Assembly: GCA_035221665.1 (NCBI GenBank)
Contig: CM069159.1
Span: forward strand, 21,638,001-21,702,000
Length of the DNA stretch: 64,000 bases
Reading direction: 5' to 3'
Source: Okamejei kenojei
Taxonomy: Eukaryota
Positions 37,380 through 52,385 of the stretch are shown piece by piece (the first letter of the stretch is position 1; every line of letters starts with the position of its first letter). Made by a program: the position numbers and the translations under genes. The notes under the pieces were generated by a model that was not told where the DNA came from, searched no databases, and worked only from the letters and a program-made list of their open reading frames with translations.

Positions 37380-37897
37380 GTTGGCGCTGTAATTAAAGAC
37401 GGCTAAAGCACAGTGTAGGGAACTCCTTTAAAAGAGGGTGGGGAGGGGGTGGAGACAACGTTTAAGAAGCCAACTTTTAAGAAGAAACTTCACGGCTGTG
37501 AAGCTAGGCGAACATTTAACATTACCGGTCGGTTATCCTTTGTTCTGAAAACTACTGCTTATGTTTTTTTTCCCAATGAGCCAATGAAATTCACCGGTCA
37601 GCACCGGCTACAACCTACAAGAACCTTCGACCTCCTGGCAACCCACTAGGACCTCCTGGCGACCCACCTACGGCACGAGAATTCTCGCTACTCTCCATGG
37701 TGGCTTCATTCTGGTCGCCGCTAATTTTTCAACAAGTTGAAAAATTCGCAGCGACCATAATGAGGCCGCGACTAGTTCCCAGAATGCGGGAACTCCACAC
37801 GACCATGAAGGCGACTACCCGGCAATAACCCGCGCACATGTGGCGACTGCATAGTCTCCTACAGCCGCCTAAAAGTCGCCTAAGTGGGACAGGCCCA
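37380..37897. mobile_element. Harbinger-type MITE, same family as 142-870, inverted and truncated
   Basis: Ends TAAGTGGGACAGGCCCA|TTA; internal TAACATTACCGGTCGGTTATCC is the reverse complement of about 461-483. Confidence 0.85.
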
Positions 37898-38699
37898 TTA
37901 GACTGAATTTCAGAACTTTGACCTTTGGCAGGTGGGGTTCTGGAAGTCACTACTGCAGTGATTCAATTCAGTAAAGTTCCAGAGGCCAGGATGGTGAGCA
38001 CAGATATATTGATGGAGGAGATTACATGAAAAGATAAGCCGAGACAAGGACATGAATGCAAAGATGAGAATGTTTAATTGAAGCATTGCTTTCCATGAGT
38101 TTTGAGATTCATACACTGGTACAGCAATTTGAGAACCAAAGATCCAAAGTCACCTTTTCCTTATTTGATGCATATTTTATTTTATATGATGCAATAGCAT
38201 CATATGTTATGTTTCAAATTATTGCTAGGTTAATCTTAAGAGGGTTACGGTGAAAGAAATAATTTGTGAATGAATAATCATTGTTAATTGTTTCCGCCAC
38301 CTCCCTAAGGACATTTCTCCATATATTAATTGCGTTCATGGAATTACTTATAAATGTAGTTCAAATGGTGAAATTATAATTTAATTGTATAGCTATATTT
38401 CTTTTTTTTTTCAAATCATGTTAGCTTCAACATCAATTAGTGTCACATTAGGGTTCCATTGGTATGGTTATTATTTGATGTTCTAGATACAAAACCAGCA
38501 ATTTCACTACACTAGAAAATCCAAAAATTAAAACAATCGCCACTTTTAGCAGATTAAATATACAGATTTCCTGGCTCCTCATTGAATGCAGCCCTTCATT
38601 AAAATTTTGGAATAGAAACAGAAGATCATTGTGTTAAAATGTCAGTATAAAATTTAATATTGACTCCTTTACATGTAAATGTGAATATCAATAAAATGC

Positions 38700-40200
38700 C
38701 ACAAAAGTTGGCTAGAATGGATCCAACAGAAATTGGGAATATAGAAGCAGTGCCCCCTCTCAACTGCAGGCAAAAAGCTGATCATCAGGTGCAAGATGCT
38801 CTCTATGTTGTTGTACTGTGGTAGCTCCTGCTCTGCGGGCGTCACCAAAGCCATTTTTTGGTTTCATCCATGGACGCAAGATGAACCAGAGAACAGGGTA
38901 GAAAGGATAACTGGCGTTGCCTCCCTTGCGTGTAGCTGCATAAAACTGTGAATAGAAGCAAAATGCGCACACAAGTGTCAATGAGGTTCGCCTGTGCCTG
39001 ATACTGCAAAGGATGGACCTGGTCTCTTTGCTACACAATGTTCCATTCAATTGGACTTTGATGCTCAACTTTTCCTTCGTAGATAAATTCCTTCAGATAA
39101 ACACTTTTGAACACGTCCTCAGACCACAGTCTCCATGATAAATCCTGCAAGTCTTGCGAGAAAACATAAGGGATCTTGTGGGATAGTCAAGATCATTTGG
39201 CAGAATGCTGCTTCACCAGAACTCACCAACAATCACCAAGACATTGTATGGCCGGCAGTAAGAGGAGCCCTCCATACCAGATCCTGCCTGCACATCCAGA
39301 ATCACACTTCCAATACACACTGACCTAAAAACAGCTATAATGAGGATGAGACAATCAAGTTCAAGGTCACATTTATTGTCACATGCACCAATTACTACAG
39401 TGAAATTTGAGTTACCATACAGCCATTCGAATAAAAAGAACACAATACACAATAGAGTTTAACATAAACATCCATCTGGTCTTTCTCACTGTGATCAATT
39501 TGGACCCTTTTCGTCAGGATGCATGTCAAGGCAAACATCAGGTGCTGTTGGAAGATGATCATGATGATACTTTATTGTCGTACCTAGGTACCGAGAAATC
39601 CTTTGTTTTTGCCTACAAAATACACATAAAGGTCACCAAAAAGGTGCTGACAAAGTTTAAAAAAACTCATCCCATCTTTATCCTCCCCACCCTGGCTTCC
39701 CCTTAGTTCCCGGCAGCCCCCCCCCCCCCACCACGGGTTCGCCTTTGTTCATCAAGATCATCAACTCAATGAAAAACACACTCTGTTCTGCCTGACTCAT
39801 TGGTCTTCTGGTAGAACAAGATGTTCATCAGTGAATGCTGCCATTTGACACATGAATAAGGAGCACATGCTAAGTGACGCACTGAAGCTTGGTGCAGCCA
39901 ACACAAAGGCTCTGTGGGCAAGGACTGCATTTTAAAGTCCAGTCAACACTGAACATTGAGGGGTTTGCTGCCATGTAACAGACTTGCAAATTTGGAAAAT
40001 ATATTGTCCAAAGAGCCATACATGTGATATTGGTATGTCGAACATAGAATGTACAAACTTGATGACACTGCAAATGTATTAACTTAACAACACTATGAAT
40101 GTGTAGACTGGACAACATTATGAATGTAAAGAAAGCCATGTACTATTTTTTTATTTCTTATAAGCATTTTGCATAAATAAAGTTTGTTTTTGAAATAAAA
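38700..40200 (+). mobile_element. Degenerate Tx1/L1-clade LINE 3' region with nested insertions
   Basis: IQQKLG..PLSTAGKKLIIRCKMLSMLLY, IWQNAASPELTNNHQDIVWPAVRGAL and KIINS remnants; AATAAA with an A-rich end near 40200. Confidence 0.75.
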
Positions 40201-40289
40201 CTCATTACTGTATTGTAGAAATTTGTGACCGTAAATTTATGCACAGCCTGACTCCTTGAGAAAATTGATCAGATAGTTAGCATCGGTCC

Positions 40290-41395
40290 ATCTGCAAGAG
40301 ATGATGTTTTGATGTTGTCCTGTTTGGAAAGGAGAATGTTTCCTCTGGTTACATGTCCTGCTGTGGCTGACTAGGCCCATCCTTAATAGGCAGATTCTCC
40401 CACAGCTTCCACAGGTGAAGGTGTGTGTGGCCTTTGGATGGAGGAGTGTGTTGCTGTTGATACCTGGTTTTGAGGCGTTGGTGCCTGGCCTCCAGGGCCT
40501 TGAGCCATATGCTGTTGTGGTGCATCATACCCACCAGGAGGTCCTTTCCCAACCTCCTTCTGCTCCTCAACAGCCTGTTCCCAGTTGTCAGTGCCAATGC
40601 AAAAATCTTTCATATTATCCTTGTAACAGAACTTTGGCCTTCCTCGGCTTCCGTGCATTACCGACCTCCCTGAAGAGCACATCTTTGGGAATGCATCCAT
40701 TTTCCATCCTGTGTACATGTCCAAGCCAGCAGAGACGCTTCCGCTTAAGGATTACAGGGATGCTAGGCATGTTGGTCAGGAAGACGACAGATTCATAGGT
40801 GATTTTATCCTGCCAAGCAACTCCCAGGATGCGAGAAGTCAGAAATGAAATTTATCCAGTTTCCATTCTTGATGCAGGTAAGACATCCAAGCTTCACTGT
40901 TGTGCAGTAACGTGCTCAAGATGCATGCATTGTAAAGTTATCTTGGTCTTGATAGTGAGTTTCCTGGTCTTCCATGCCCGTTAGTTAGCCTCCTGTAGGT
41001 GGTTGCTGCCTTTCCTGTACATGATTTGATTTCCTCATTCTATGAGAGCCTATCAGTCACCATAGATATCATGTCGTGGTATTTAAGGTGATTTCAGGGA
41101 TGTGAGGGGTGTCCGGACCCATAACAACAGTCTTCTTAATGCTGATTGTTAGTTGGTATTCATGACAATCAGGAGACAGTCTGTCCAGCAGCCCCTGAAG
41201 TCCTTGGCAATGAGCACAGCATCATCAGTGCACAGGATAAACACAGATCTTACCTTCATCTTGGCTTTCAACCGTGCTAGATTGAAGAGCTTCCGGTTGC
41301 TTCTAGTGTGAAGAAACACTCCTTACTTGTCTATTGTGAAGCCAAAGGACAGAAGGACAGATAGGCAGATGCCAAACAGAGTGGGTGCTAATCAG
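40290..41395 (-). mobile_element. RTE-clade LINE fragment
   Basis: Minus-strand remnants RLCWLGHVHRMENGCIPKDVLF and RGRPKFCYKD; LAPTLFGI upstream. Confidence 0.75.
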
Positions 41396-42649
41396 ATACT
41401 GCTATTTAATTAGTAGCAGCTCAATAATAACTATAAATATAACCACGTATTATCTATCCAGAGAGCAGATGGTATACTGATCCACCAGAAAGATACCTTC
41501 AATGATTCCTCATTACAAGCATTGAAGTGTGAACATTGCAGGATATTAATTATGAACAATGATGGTTATTTTAGTGGACTCATTGCTTTAAGTATTGTGT
41601 CACATGACTAACTGCTCTTTGTGTTACATACGTTTCATAGAAAGTTCCAAAAACTTCTAAAGAATTCCTGAATAAACACTATACAATTTGTTTGTGCTTT
41701 TCAAATCCTACATGCGTAAGACTGCACTTAATGACATCCTTTGAACAGAGACAACTGAGCATGCATAATTTACACCTGCAACGAGGACAGCAAAAAAATC
41801 AATCATGAGATGCAAACTTGCACAGAATAAAAGGGAAAAGAATATGAACAATAAGTCAACCCTAGTAATTGCTAAGGTAATCTTCCGTTTCCCCTTGTGT
41901 GCAAATGAGGTTAACTTGCCTCCACTCGAGTAATGAGGGTTCTGAAGAGACAGATGAGGCCAATCATTCAGACACTTCTGTAGCTGAAACAAGAAGTACT
42001 TGATGACACCAGCAGGTTAGTAGCATGCGAGGTAGTGCATTCCTTTTGGCTTTTATGCAGGGCTATTTGCATGACACAACACAGCTGTCTGAAGAAGGGT
42101 CTCGACTCAAAACATCACCATTCCTTCTGCCTGACCCGCTGAGTTACTCCAGTACTTTGTGTCTATCTTCGACAATGTACTTATGACCTCAGTTGTTAGG
42201 GTGTTGATATGGAGCACTTTTGTGATTCCCTTTCAGTGAATTTGGAGGATTTGCAAAGAAAGCACTGGTGATATATTTATGCTGCCTTGAGTTTTCACTG
42301 GCAAGATCCCCTCAAGGACTGATTTGATAAAAGTAACCAGGTAATCCAGGAGCTAACTAATGTCAAACACAAGGCTTTTACTGATTTGGAAACTTCACCA
42401 TTCCTCAAGGGAAATGAAATAACTACAATCACCTGAAGCCATGAAATTTTGAATCTTCTTGGCTACCAGAAGGTATGGCAGTTTTCAATTTATACATTCA
42501 TTTATAAATTCATACATTCTAAAATGTGCAAAATGGAAAATTACAGTTGGTGAATATGATAATTGTCTAATTATGTCAGGAAGAGATTGACTGAAAGAAC
42601 CGAGTATGAATTAGGATGAATGCATCATGAATATGTTTAAGCATCCTTC

Positions 42650-43300
42650 AGGAACTAAATGAAGAGATGTTCAAGGTATTGAACAAACTATAGATAACTG
42701 CCTTCATGAGCCTGGACATATACAAGAGGAGGAAAATTATGATCTTACTTTATTTTAAAAAAACATGTTAAGCAAAAGGTGGCATATAGTTTACAATTCT
42801 GGTCACAGCACTGAAGGCCGTGGATGAATTGGAAAGGCTGTAGACCAAATTCAGCAGGATGTTCCCTTAACCATTTTGTCCTGCCCCCACCTTTTTTTTC
42901 CAGCTTTCCCCCTCCTACTGCATTCAGTCTGAAGAAAAGTCTCCATCCAAAATGTCATCTGTAGATTTGCACCACAGATACAGTACTTCTAACCTGCTGA
43001 GTTCCTTCAGTTCTTAGCATTTTGCTCAAGATTCCAACATCAACAATTTCTTGTGTCTCCACAAGTAGAGAACATGGGCTTAGGGTCGGAGGTATTTATA
43101 GGAGATCTGAGAAATTTGGAATGCACTGCCTGAGTTGGCGGTGGAGGCAACGCTTAAGAAGTATATAGACGAGCTCTTGAATCACCAACACAGAGTATTA
43201 TCGACCAAATGTAAGTATAAGTATGGATAAGTACTTAAAGGTTGGCATAGCCATGGTAGGCGGCAGGGCCTGTTTCTGTCCCATATAATTCTATGATTAT
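42650..43300 (+). mobile_element. Old CR1 3' fragment with a Penelope-derived repeat inserted at about 42870-43060
   Basis: CR1 tail GGGCCTGTTTCTGT...TTCTATGATT; CAGTCTGAAGAAAAGTCTC insert. Confidence 0.65.
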
Positions 43301-45090
43301 GGTTCATAAATATGCATCAATGGGCACAAAAACAAATAGGTATAAACTAACAATGCCAAGCTGTTCAACTGTAAACACTGGCAAGAAACACTCAGTACTG
43401 AAAACCTGAGAATCATGGACTGTTGGTTAAATCGGCACATATGGTTGTGTGAAACAAATAGCGGCAAAGCTTAAAGTTTCAGAAACGACTATGTGATCTC
43501 AATACAGTAGCCTATGAGAATATCTCCTGTCCACATAACAAGATTTTCATGCCAAGTTGCAAAAAGCTTCATTAAGTTGAACTCATCCGATGCTTCCACC
43601 CAACTTAAAATTGCCTGGCGAGTAACAGTTCCATGAAGAGGTTTACATTCCAAGTTCTAGGCTAATGAAACTAAGCTCTAATCCTAAAATATTGAGCTGT
43701 CATCTGTAAATGTCTTTCTTCTTTTGAAATGATGGTGGAGTTTTGTAGAATTTTCTGTTCTTACTATGCCTCATTAACTGCCTCTTTTGAAGAACGAGAT
43801 TCAACATCACATTCACAGAACGACAGGAAAGGTAGTGACACATGCGAATGAAACAGATGGCTCTATATTTTTTACTTAAACTATACGTTGTGCTGGAAAA
43901 AAAACTCCCATATATCTGATGGCAAATGGGCACCTCCACTGGATCCAACTTAAGTTGCAATAATGCTGGAGCCCTGCACTTTCACTGTTCAGCTCTTGAT
44001 TCCATTTGGCTGAGGGTTAATGTTTATTTGCAGCGAGTGGAGCTCAAACTCTGAATCATACCTCAATGTAATGGATGGCTATTACTGGTGCTATCAATCA
44101 GTCCTTCCGTCATTACTTGTTTGATTTACAATGCACAGAGAAATATTCCAGTGAGATCAGTCTACAATTAAACGTTGCCTGCTGCACTGGAAGAAATAAA
44201 GAACATGCATTTATATAAATTCTTATTGCATATTAGATCTGTCCCAAAGTATTTTAAAAACAATTCAATTTAAAGTGATACATGTTGCAGCATGAATGTT
44301 TCCATAAAAAGGAATGAATGATTATATTATCAGAAACATCATATTATCAAAAATTATCAGTAAATGTTAATATTGGTTCAGCTCTCTTCCTTCTTAGGCA
44401 GTCTCTTGGAATCAAAGAGACTGTTTTGTAGGTTGTGAGAATGACTGTTAAGGCCAATATGAGAACGACAGACCCTTCCTCAGGTAAGGCAGGAGCTGTA
44501 AGTAAGTGGGTATGTGGGGTGCTCCTTTTGTCACTGGCACATGGCTTGTGAAATCCCATGCTCTCCTAAAGCTCCTTTGTGGCTTTGTGCAGTCACGGGC
44601 CAAATATTTACGGGAGTCAGTGAGGATGTTGCATTTTTAAAGAGATGCTTTGAGCACATCCTTGATGCTATCTCTCTGCCTGTTAATCTCTTCCAGGAAT
44701 ATAGCTCAGAATATAGTGTGTCTGTTTTGAGACACTGCTGTCAGTAATGCGAGCAATGCCGTCTGTCCGGTGGACTGGCCAGGTTAATAGGTGAATTATT
44801 CAGTTTTCTTCTCATAGTTTCACTAAGAGTCGGACATTTTATTTTCATATCACCTTTGGCAAAGCTGACCCTCACTATTGCACCAGTAAAGATTTTTTGT
44901 CCGAATCTATAATGCTCTTGGAAATTGTATATTCTATTCTAATTTAGAGGTAAATCTGTACCAATTAACCAGGCAGTAGGTTAATGATCTGGAAATTGTA
45001 CCAGGCTTAAAAATAATGAAAAACCTTAATTTCTGTAATTCATAACCAAGATAAATGGAAGTTAAGTATTTATTGTGATAGCATGTTTTA

Positions 45091-46739
45091 CAGTGGCCTC
45101 CATAATGTTTGGGACATAGACCATCATTTATTTATTAGCCTCTTTACTCTACAATTTGAGATGTATAATAGAAAAAAAATCACATGTGGTTAAAGTGCAC
45201 ATTGTCAGATTTTAATAAAGGCCATTTTTATGCATTTTGGTTTCACCATGTAGAAATTGCAGCAGTGCTTATACATAGTCCCCCAATATCAGGGCACCAT
45301 AATGTTTGGGACACAGCAATGTCACGTAAATGAAAGTAGTCATGTTTAGTATTTTGTTGCATATCCTTTGCATGCAATGACTGCTTGAAATCTCTGATTC
45401 ATGGACATCACCAGTTGCTGGGTGTCATCTCTGGTGATGCTCTGCCAGGCCTGTATTGCAGCCAACTTTAGCTTATGCTTGTTTTGGGGACTAGTCCCCT
45501 TCAGTTTTCACTTCAGCATATAAAAGGCATGCTCAATTGTGTTTGGATCGAGTGATTGACTTGGCCACTCAAGAATTTACCATTTTGTAGCTTTGAAAAA
45601 CTCCTTTGTTGCTTAAGCAATATGTTTGGGATCATTGTCTTGCTGTAGAATGAACCGCTGTTCAGTTTTGAGGCATATGTTTGAACTTGAGCAGATGGGA
45701 TGTGTCTATGCACTTCAGAATTCATTATGCTACTACCATCAACAGTTGTATCATCAATGACGATAAGTGAGCCAGTCCCTTCAGCAGCCATACAATGCCC
45801 AGGCCATAACACCCCCACCACCGTGTTTCACAGATGAGGTGGTCTGCTTTGGATCTTGCACAGTTCCTTCTCTCCTGAAGTTCTCTCATACTTTGCTCTT
45901 GCTATCACTCTGACATAAGTTCACCTTCATCTCACCAGGCCACAAGACCTTTTTCCAGAGCTGCGGTTGCTCTTTTAAGTACTTCTTGGCAAACTGTAAC
46001 CCGGCCATCCTATTTTTGCGGCAAACCAGTGGTTTGCATCTTGCAGTGTAGTAGCCTCTGTATTTCTGTACATGAAGACTTCTGTGGATAGTGGTCATTG
46101 ACAAATCCACACCTGACTCCTGAAGAGTGTTTCTGATTTGTCGGACAGGTGTTTGTGAGTTTTTCTTTATTATAGTGAGAATTCTTCTGGCATCAGCTGT
46201 GGAGGTCTTCCTTGGCCTGCCAGTCCCTTTGTGATTAGTAAGCTTACCAGCACTCTCTTTCTTCTTAATAATGTTCCAAACAGTTTATTTTGGTAAGCCC
46301 AAGGTTTGGCTGATGTCTCTAACAGTTTTATTCTTATTTCTCAGTCTCATAATGGCTTCTTTGATTTTCATTGGCACAATTTTGGTCCTCATGTTGATAA
46401 ACAGCAATAAAAGTTTCCAACGGTGATGGAAAGACTGGAGGAAAGACTAGGTGTTGCGAGCTCTCTTATACCTACATTAAGGAGGCAATTAAACACACCT
46501 GAGCAATTACAAATGCCTGTGAAGCCATGTGTCCCAAATGTTATGGTGCCATGAAATGGGGGGACCATGTAATTTCTACATGGTGAAATCAAAATATATT
46601 AAAATACTCTTTAATAAAATCTGACAATGCGCACTTTGACCACATGTGATTTTTTTTCTATTACAAATCTCAAATTGTGGAGAACAGAGGCAAATAAATA
46701 AATGATGGGTCTTTGTCCCAAACATTATGGAGGGCACTG
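45091..46739 (-). mobile_element. Full-length Tc1-like DNA transposon (IR/DR type), inactive
   Basis: TA|CAGTG...CACTG|TA ends; TIRs of about 210-225 bp with inner and outer direct repeats CCATAATGTTTGGGACA; decayed transposase. Confidence 0.95.
45346..46392 (-). pseudogene. Tc1 transposase pseudogene
   Basis: MRTKIVPMKIKEAIMRLRNKNKTVRDISQTLGLPK* (premature stop) ... RCKPLV...WKKVLW ... QAVIACKGYATKY*; frameshifts. Confidence 0.92.
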
Positions 46740-47949
46740 TACATAGAGAATAGACAATAAGTGCAGGAGTAGACCATTCGGCCCTTCGAGCCAGCACCGC
46801 CATTCAATGTGATCATGGCTGATAGTCGAAAGTTAAAATATTTGTGATAGAAAGAATCTTAGTTATTTAGCAGCACAAATAGCCTTTTGCCACCAACGGA
46901 TATTTCTGAAGTATAATTACTGTTGTACTGAAACAAATGTAGTCTATTTCCACACAGTAAATTCAAATAAACAAGTTTTAAAGACAATAGATAATAGGTG
47001 CAGGAGTAGGCCATTTGGCCTTTCAAGCCAGCACCGCCATTCAATGTGATCATGGCTGATCATCCACAATCAGTACCCCGTCCCTGCCTTCTCCCCATAT
47101 CCCCAGACTCCGCTATCTTCAAAAGCCCTATCTAGCTCTCTCTTGAAAGTATCCAGAGAATTGTCTATTGTCTATTTTTTTAAAGCATTAAGCGTCCAAA
47201 TCACTGCAGACATTACTAAACTCACTTTGCTCATTATAAAATGTCAGAATTCATCAAAAGGCGCTTTATAGCCATTCTGCTGCATCAATAATCTTTGTTA
47301 TGAGTGGTTCCTCTTACTATTCTAGGTTCCTCTTACTTCGAGGGGAAAAAAACTGACATCAAACTGTAAGCTTGTTTCAAATTACTGTCAACTGATTACA
47401 GCCAGAAATAGTGAAAAACAAATTCCAAGTGTCAGTCTAAACTATGCAGCAAAAGTACAAATGAGAGATTAGAGGAAAAAAAGACACAAAGTACTGGAAT
47501 AACTCAGCAGGTCAGGCAGCACCTCTGGAGAACATCGATAGGTGATGCTAGGGTTTGGAGCCTTCTTCAAACTAATGTTCTCCAGAGACCCACTTTGTGA
47601 ACCAGCTTCTGCAGTTCCCTTGCTTCCCTAGATCAGAGGGTATTGATACTTCCATCTTGAAACTGCATAATCTGCTGACATTTACACCCAATGCTGGAGC
47701 GATGACCATAGTTCAATTTTCTGCCCCATACACTCCTTACCACAAAACTTCCCACTGCCCTTCTTAGAGTCCAACCAGGCAGCATGAACTACCACAGGCC
47801 TCGCAGGTCTTCGGCTGGATAATGTGTTTGCTGAAATTTGTGTCAAGTACAGGAAGCCCATTGGAACCAAAGGAAGACATCTGTTGCAGGGAAATAGGTA
47901 AGTAAAGTTTTTATTTTATTTATTCTGAGTCTGCTTTTATTATTTGATG

Positions 47950-48092
47950 GTAGACACAAAATGCTAGAGTAATTCCGGGGGCCAGGCAGCATCTCTGGAG
48001 ACAAGGAATACATTTCCAGAGATGTTACCTGGCCCGCTGAGTTACTCCAGCATTTTGTGTCTACCTTCGATTTAAACCAGCATCTGCAGTTC
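47950..48092. repeat. Foldback pair of Penelope-derived repeats
   Basis: TAGACACAAAATGCT...CATCTCTGGA and TCCAGAGATG...AGCATTTTGTGTCTA arms with a short spacer. Confidence 0.85.
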
Positions 48093-48924
48093 TTTATTAT
48101 TTGAGGCAAGTGTGCTTTTACTTTAAAAAAATGTCTATAATTATAATGAACCTTGACAATATTTTTAATTTTTAATAAGTCCTGATTGAGTAATCATAAA
48201 TGCCATTAAACATTAATTGCGTTCACTAACATACAATGTGGACAGAACCTTTGTCTATGTGTGAAGAAACATGATGCAGGATCTCACATTGTTCTTGCCA
48301 TTACAACTGGTTATTTTTGTTCCACAAGGCTCTGTGTTGCTTTGCAGTGAGGTCCAGGATGCCCACAACCAGCAAACTTGGGAAAGCAAAAGATAAGCCT
48401 ATTACATAGGAATATGTATGTATGTAATATATAAGAGTACAATCATCTGAAGTCAACAGACTGCTGTCTGGCAGAAAATAAACCTATTTGTTAGCGATAA
48501 TGTGCAAGAAGCAGATCAATTACAAGATAGGTGTGCAGGAAGGAACTGCAGATGCTAGTTTTCACCAAAGATAGACAGAAAATGCTGGAGTAACACAGCG
48601 GGTCAGACAGCATCTCTGGAGAAAAGGAATAGGTGACGTTTTGGCTCCAGCGTATGGTGTCTATACAAGATGGATGTATTGTGATATGGAGGATGGAGGC
48701 CAGAACAAATTACAATTAAAGTTTTGTTATAATGCCTGAAGAGAAATTTCCTGCTTAAGCTGACATCAGCAAGTTTAACATCTAAGGTGGCAGGTCTAAA
48801 CAGGCTAGAGGGGAAAAACATTATCTTTTATCTATTCTGTCTCAGATGGGCCAGTGTTAATAATGAGGGTCTAATCCTAGAAATCTTCTACACACTAGAC
48901 ATTGTAGTCTCTGCTCTTTTCCAT

Positions 48925-49195
48925 TTATTTACTGTGCAAATATCCACCATAAGAAAGGTTGTGTAAAAAATAAGAAATTAATGCAAAAACATCATTAGAA
49001 GCAAACAAGTCTATAGTAGTGGAAGAGGTGCACAGTGTTTCAGTGTTGAGTAGGATTAGGGTTGAACAAGTTGGTTCAAGAATCTGATAGCTAAAAGACA
49101 AGTAGTTGTTCCTGAACCTGGTAGTGTGGGGCCTCCAGCTTCTGTACCACTTGCCTGATGCTAGCAGTGAGAAGAGATCATAGCCCGGACGATCA
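48925..49195 (-). mobile_element. Old Rex1/Babar-like LINE 3' fragment
   Basis: PGYDLFSLLASGKWYRSWRPHTTRFRNNY. Confidence 0.7.
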
Positions 49196-51892
49196 TGTCC
49201 TGAATGTCCTATTGTCCTGACCAGCCTCCAACTTCTCCTATCCATAAACCTGAGCTAATCTAAAAGTGCTCATAGGGTTATATATAAACCTGAGTTGGGA
49301 TAGGCTAAAAATGGAAATTGAGTAGGCCGAAACAGATCATTTTCAGGTTAATAGGCAAACGTCACAAGGGTTAATTTCTACCTCAAGGGAAGTGGATCAG
49401 TTAAGGATTAGCTAATGAGAATGGCCAGATGCATTATACTGCAGGTATAAAAATATAGAAGAAACAATCTATTCTTCAGAATGGTAAAACACAAGTAAAT
49501 GTTGCTATCCATAAGGCTCCAGTGATGCCTGTACATAAAACATAGGAAGTTAACAAAATAGATATGCAGCAAGCAATTAAAACAAATGAATGGCAAATTG
49601 GCCTTTTCTACAAGGAATTAGAAAATGAAAGTCCTAACCTCTAGTTTTGGTGGTTTAACTAGATAAATTGCCATTTAAAAAAAAACAAGATAATAATCCA
49701 AAAGGGTATTATTTGTCTTTTTTTTGCAGCTGCTGGATGCAGTGAGTCAGAAAAATGAAAACTGATTTTCTCTGCCAATGTCAAAATGAAGGGCATTAAA
49801 AATATGCTTTGATGATGAAGTTGTTTGCTGTTAAATTAGTTTAAATGATGCTATATCTCAAGTGTTCCCAAGAAGCAAAGAGACAAGATTTGTAATTAAA
49901 TGATTTACTGCAGGACATATTTAAAACTACAGTATCATTTTTTTCTGTTTTTAATAATCACTTGGGAAAAGATAATGAGACTGATTGGGGATGATCAGCC
50001 ATGGCGGTGCTGGCTCGAAGGGCCAAATGGCCTACTCCTGCACCTATTGTCTTGTGTCTATTGTCTATTGACAAGATCACACAAAGAGTATTTCTGAAAA
50101 TAAACACTTGTTCAATTCTGGATATTGTAGATGAAGTATCCTTCACCATCTTATGGCTAGGAGGAATTTTGTAAGAATTACTTGAATGTCATGTAATGTC
50201 TCTTAAACTAATAATAAATAGAACCTATTTACAATGTTGATCAATGGTGGTTTAATTTAATAATATTTAACCTTAATCTTGTAAGGCCTAATTATCACAT
50301 GACTGATCACAAAATTGTCCCTAACGTATTCAGCGTTTCCCTGCAATTGTGTTGGTCTAAGTGAAGCTATTCAATACCGCATTCTTAAAGTGAAAAATAC
50401 TTAGGTTTAATTATTTTATCAGTTTTTGTATTATTTAAGAAAAATTCAACAATAATATCTATTGAGGCTGATACATTTCTTGTTTTTATGTAATGATGGC
50501 TAAGGTGATTGTTGATAGTTACGTTAAAACTGGCTGTATACCAAAGGTGAAGAAAGTTGCATGTAGCAGGGTTTGATGTTCCAAAAATATGGTTAAAATG
50601 TGTTATGGAAATCAAGCCTGTAAACTTATAAATGTTCTGATAAAAAGTCATCAATCTGAATGTAAATTATTTTTCCTGTTATAGATGTTTCCTGCCCTGC
50701 TGATTATGTCAAATACTCCGTTTTCCAGCAAATGCAGTATAATACTTTTGGAAATAATTCTTAGACCAATCTGGATTAGTATTATACATATAGATAAAAC
50801 AAATAACTAAATATAAACAATGAAAATGTATAAGTCACCATTGGAGGATATCCTAAAATGACTTTGTAATTCTAGAACCACATTTACATGTAAGGTTTCT
50901 ATATATATTTTAAATATAGATAGATTCATTTGTAGATACAAGGAACTGCAGATGATGGAATCTTGAGCAAAACACAAAATGCTGCAGAAGCCCGGTCAGG
51001 CCTGAACACGACTCAAGCTGAAGTGCTGCCTGCCCATTCCCTCTTCAGATGCTGCTTGATCTGCTGAGTTTCTCCAACACTTGGTGTTAAATTAGTTTGT
51101 AGTCGCTTTAATTTGGTATAATGTTTACATGTTCCATCGATCAGTAAATGGATGATTTAGCAGTCTACATGGCAGCAAAAGGAGAAAAGAGAAACACTAA
51201 ACCATGTAGAACGCTAATGCATTGAACATTCTAGTCACTAAAACACCGATCAACAAATATAATTTGGTTTCTGCCATTTGTCATTTCCATATTTAGCAAC
51301 AACGTAAAATGTATGGTCTCAAATCAATACACTGTCAAATAGATTTTCTGGAAGTTAGAGAAATGTTTATTATCCATTTGAGACAATCAATAACTCAAAA
51401 ACAATCATTCAGCAAGCCTGTACAAATGTGATGCAATAAAGTAGGATATTAAAGAACATATAATGTAATTGAACAAGATGCTACAGAATAATGTAATGGC
51501 GGAGAAGAATTAAATAATGTAGCTGAACAGATCCAATCCTGTCATAAACCTAAAGAAATTCTGTGTTAAAATCACATCTTCTATCAAAACAAGCATGAAA
51601 GAACAGTCAATTATTTGGTACTAAATATACTGACCCACTGACTTAAAAACATGACAAGCTTTTCACAATGATATACCATGCTGAAGCACTGCTTGCCACC
51701 CACAGCTATTTACTATTGGACATTATGCGCACACTTCTTTCAGTTGACTATTCCAATAACCTGATATGGAAATCAGCCATCGAAAAAAAAAGGCTGAACA
51801 ATATAATTGTGTGGGTAAAGAAGTAGTCAGAAAAACGTTACCTGAAAATAATCACTGTTATATTTGTGGAATTACAGGTTTATGGTTTAATA

Positions 51893-52385
51893 CTAGACCA
51901 AGTGGGACCCATTGGGTCCCGTGCCCTCAAAGCACGGTTGCAAGGGAGGGGGCAGCCTGCGGCGTCACACACAAACTAACCAACCTCTCACTCATACACA
52001 CTAACCACTCCCCACACACACGCACTAACCACCATGCCCCGCCCTATCCACTCACGCATAGGCGGGCGAACATACCTTGTGGAAAACTGCGCATGCGCGT
52101 TGACAGCAGCTGCATTAATCCACAGCGGCGGGAGGCAGGGCCAGGAGGCAGGTGGGCCTTGATTGGTGGGCATGTGGGCATTGTGACGTCAGCAGCTGGC
52201 AAGTGGCGATTATTTTTTTTAAAGTGAGTTTTATGAACAATTTTATTCAAAATCTGGGGAAATAATTGACCAAGGAATGGATTTCTGAACTCATATGATA
52301 ACTCCTTACCGAAATATGTAAAAATCTCCGCGTTTTTGCACCTGGTTTTCAAGGAAATATGTTTCAAAGGCAAAATGACACACAA
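51893..52385 (-). mobile_element. Non-autonomous Helitron 3' portion
   Basis: Minus strand ends with a perfect hairpin GGGACCC-AAT-GGGTCCC, then ACTTGGTCTAG|T; shares CCCTCAAAGCA with the 29738 element. The 5' end is unclear. Confidence 0.75.

Noticed and set aside
38760-39068. Minus-strand 102-aa ORF resembling a terminal exon
   Set aside because: It is the antisense reading of a decayed Tx1/L1 ORF2.
47741-47880. Minus-strand exon-like segment (CAG|...|GTAAGG, 140 nt, CLPLVPMGFLYLTQ...)
   Set aside because: No similarity to GRAMD1B or any protein I recognise, and the length is not frame-preserving; probably a chance pseudo-exon.
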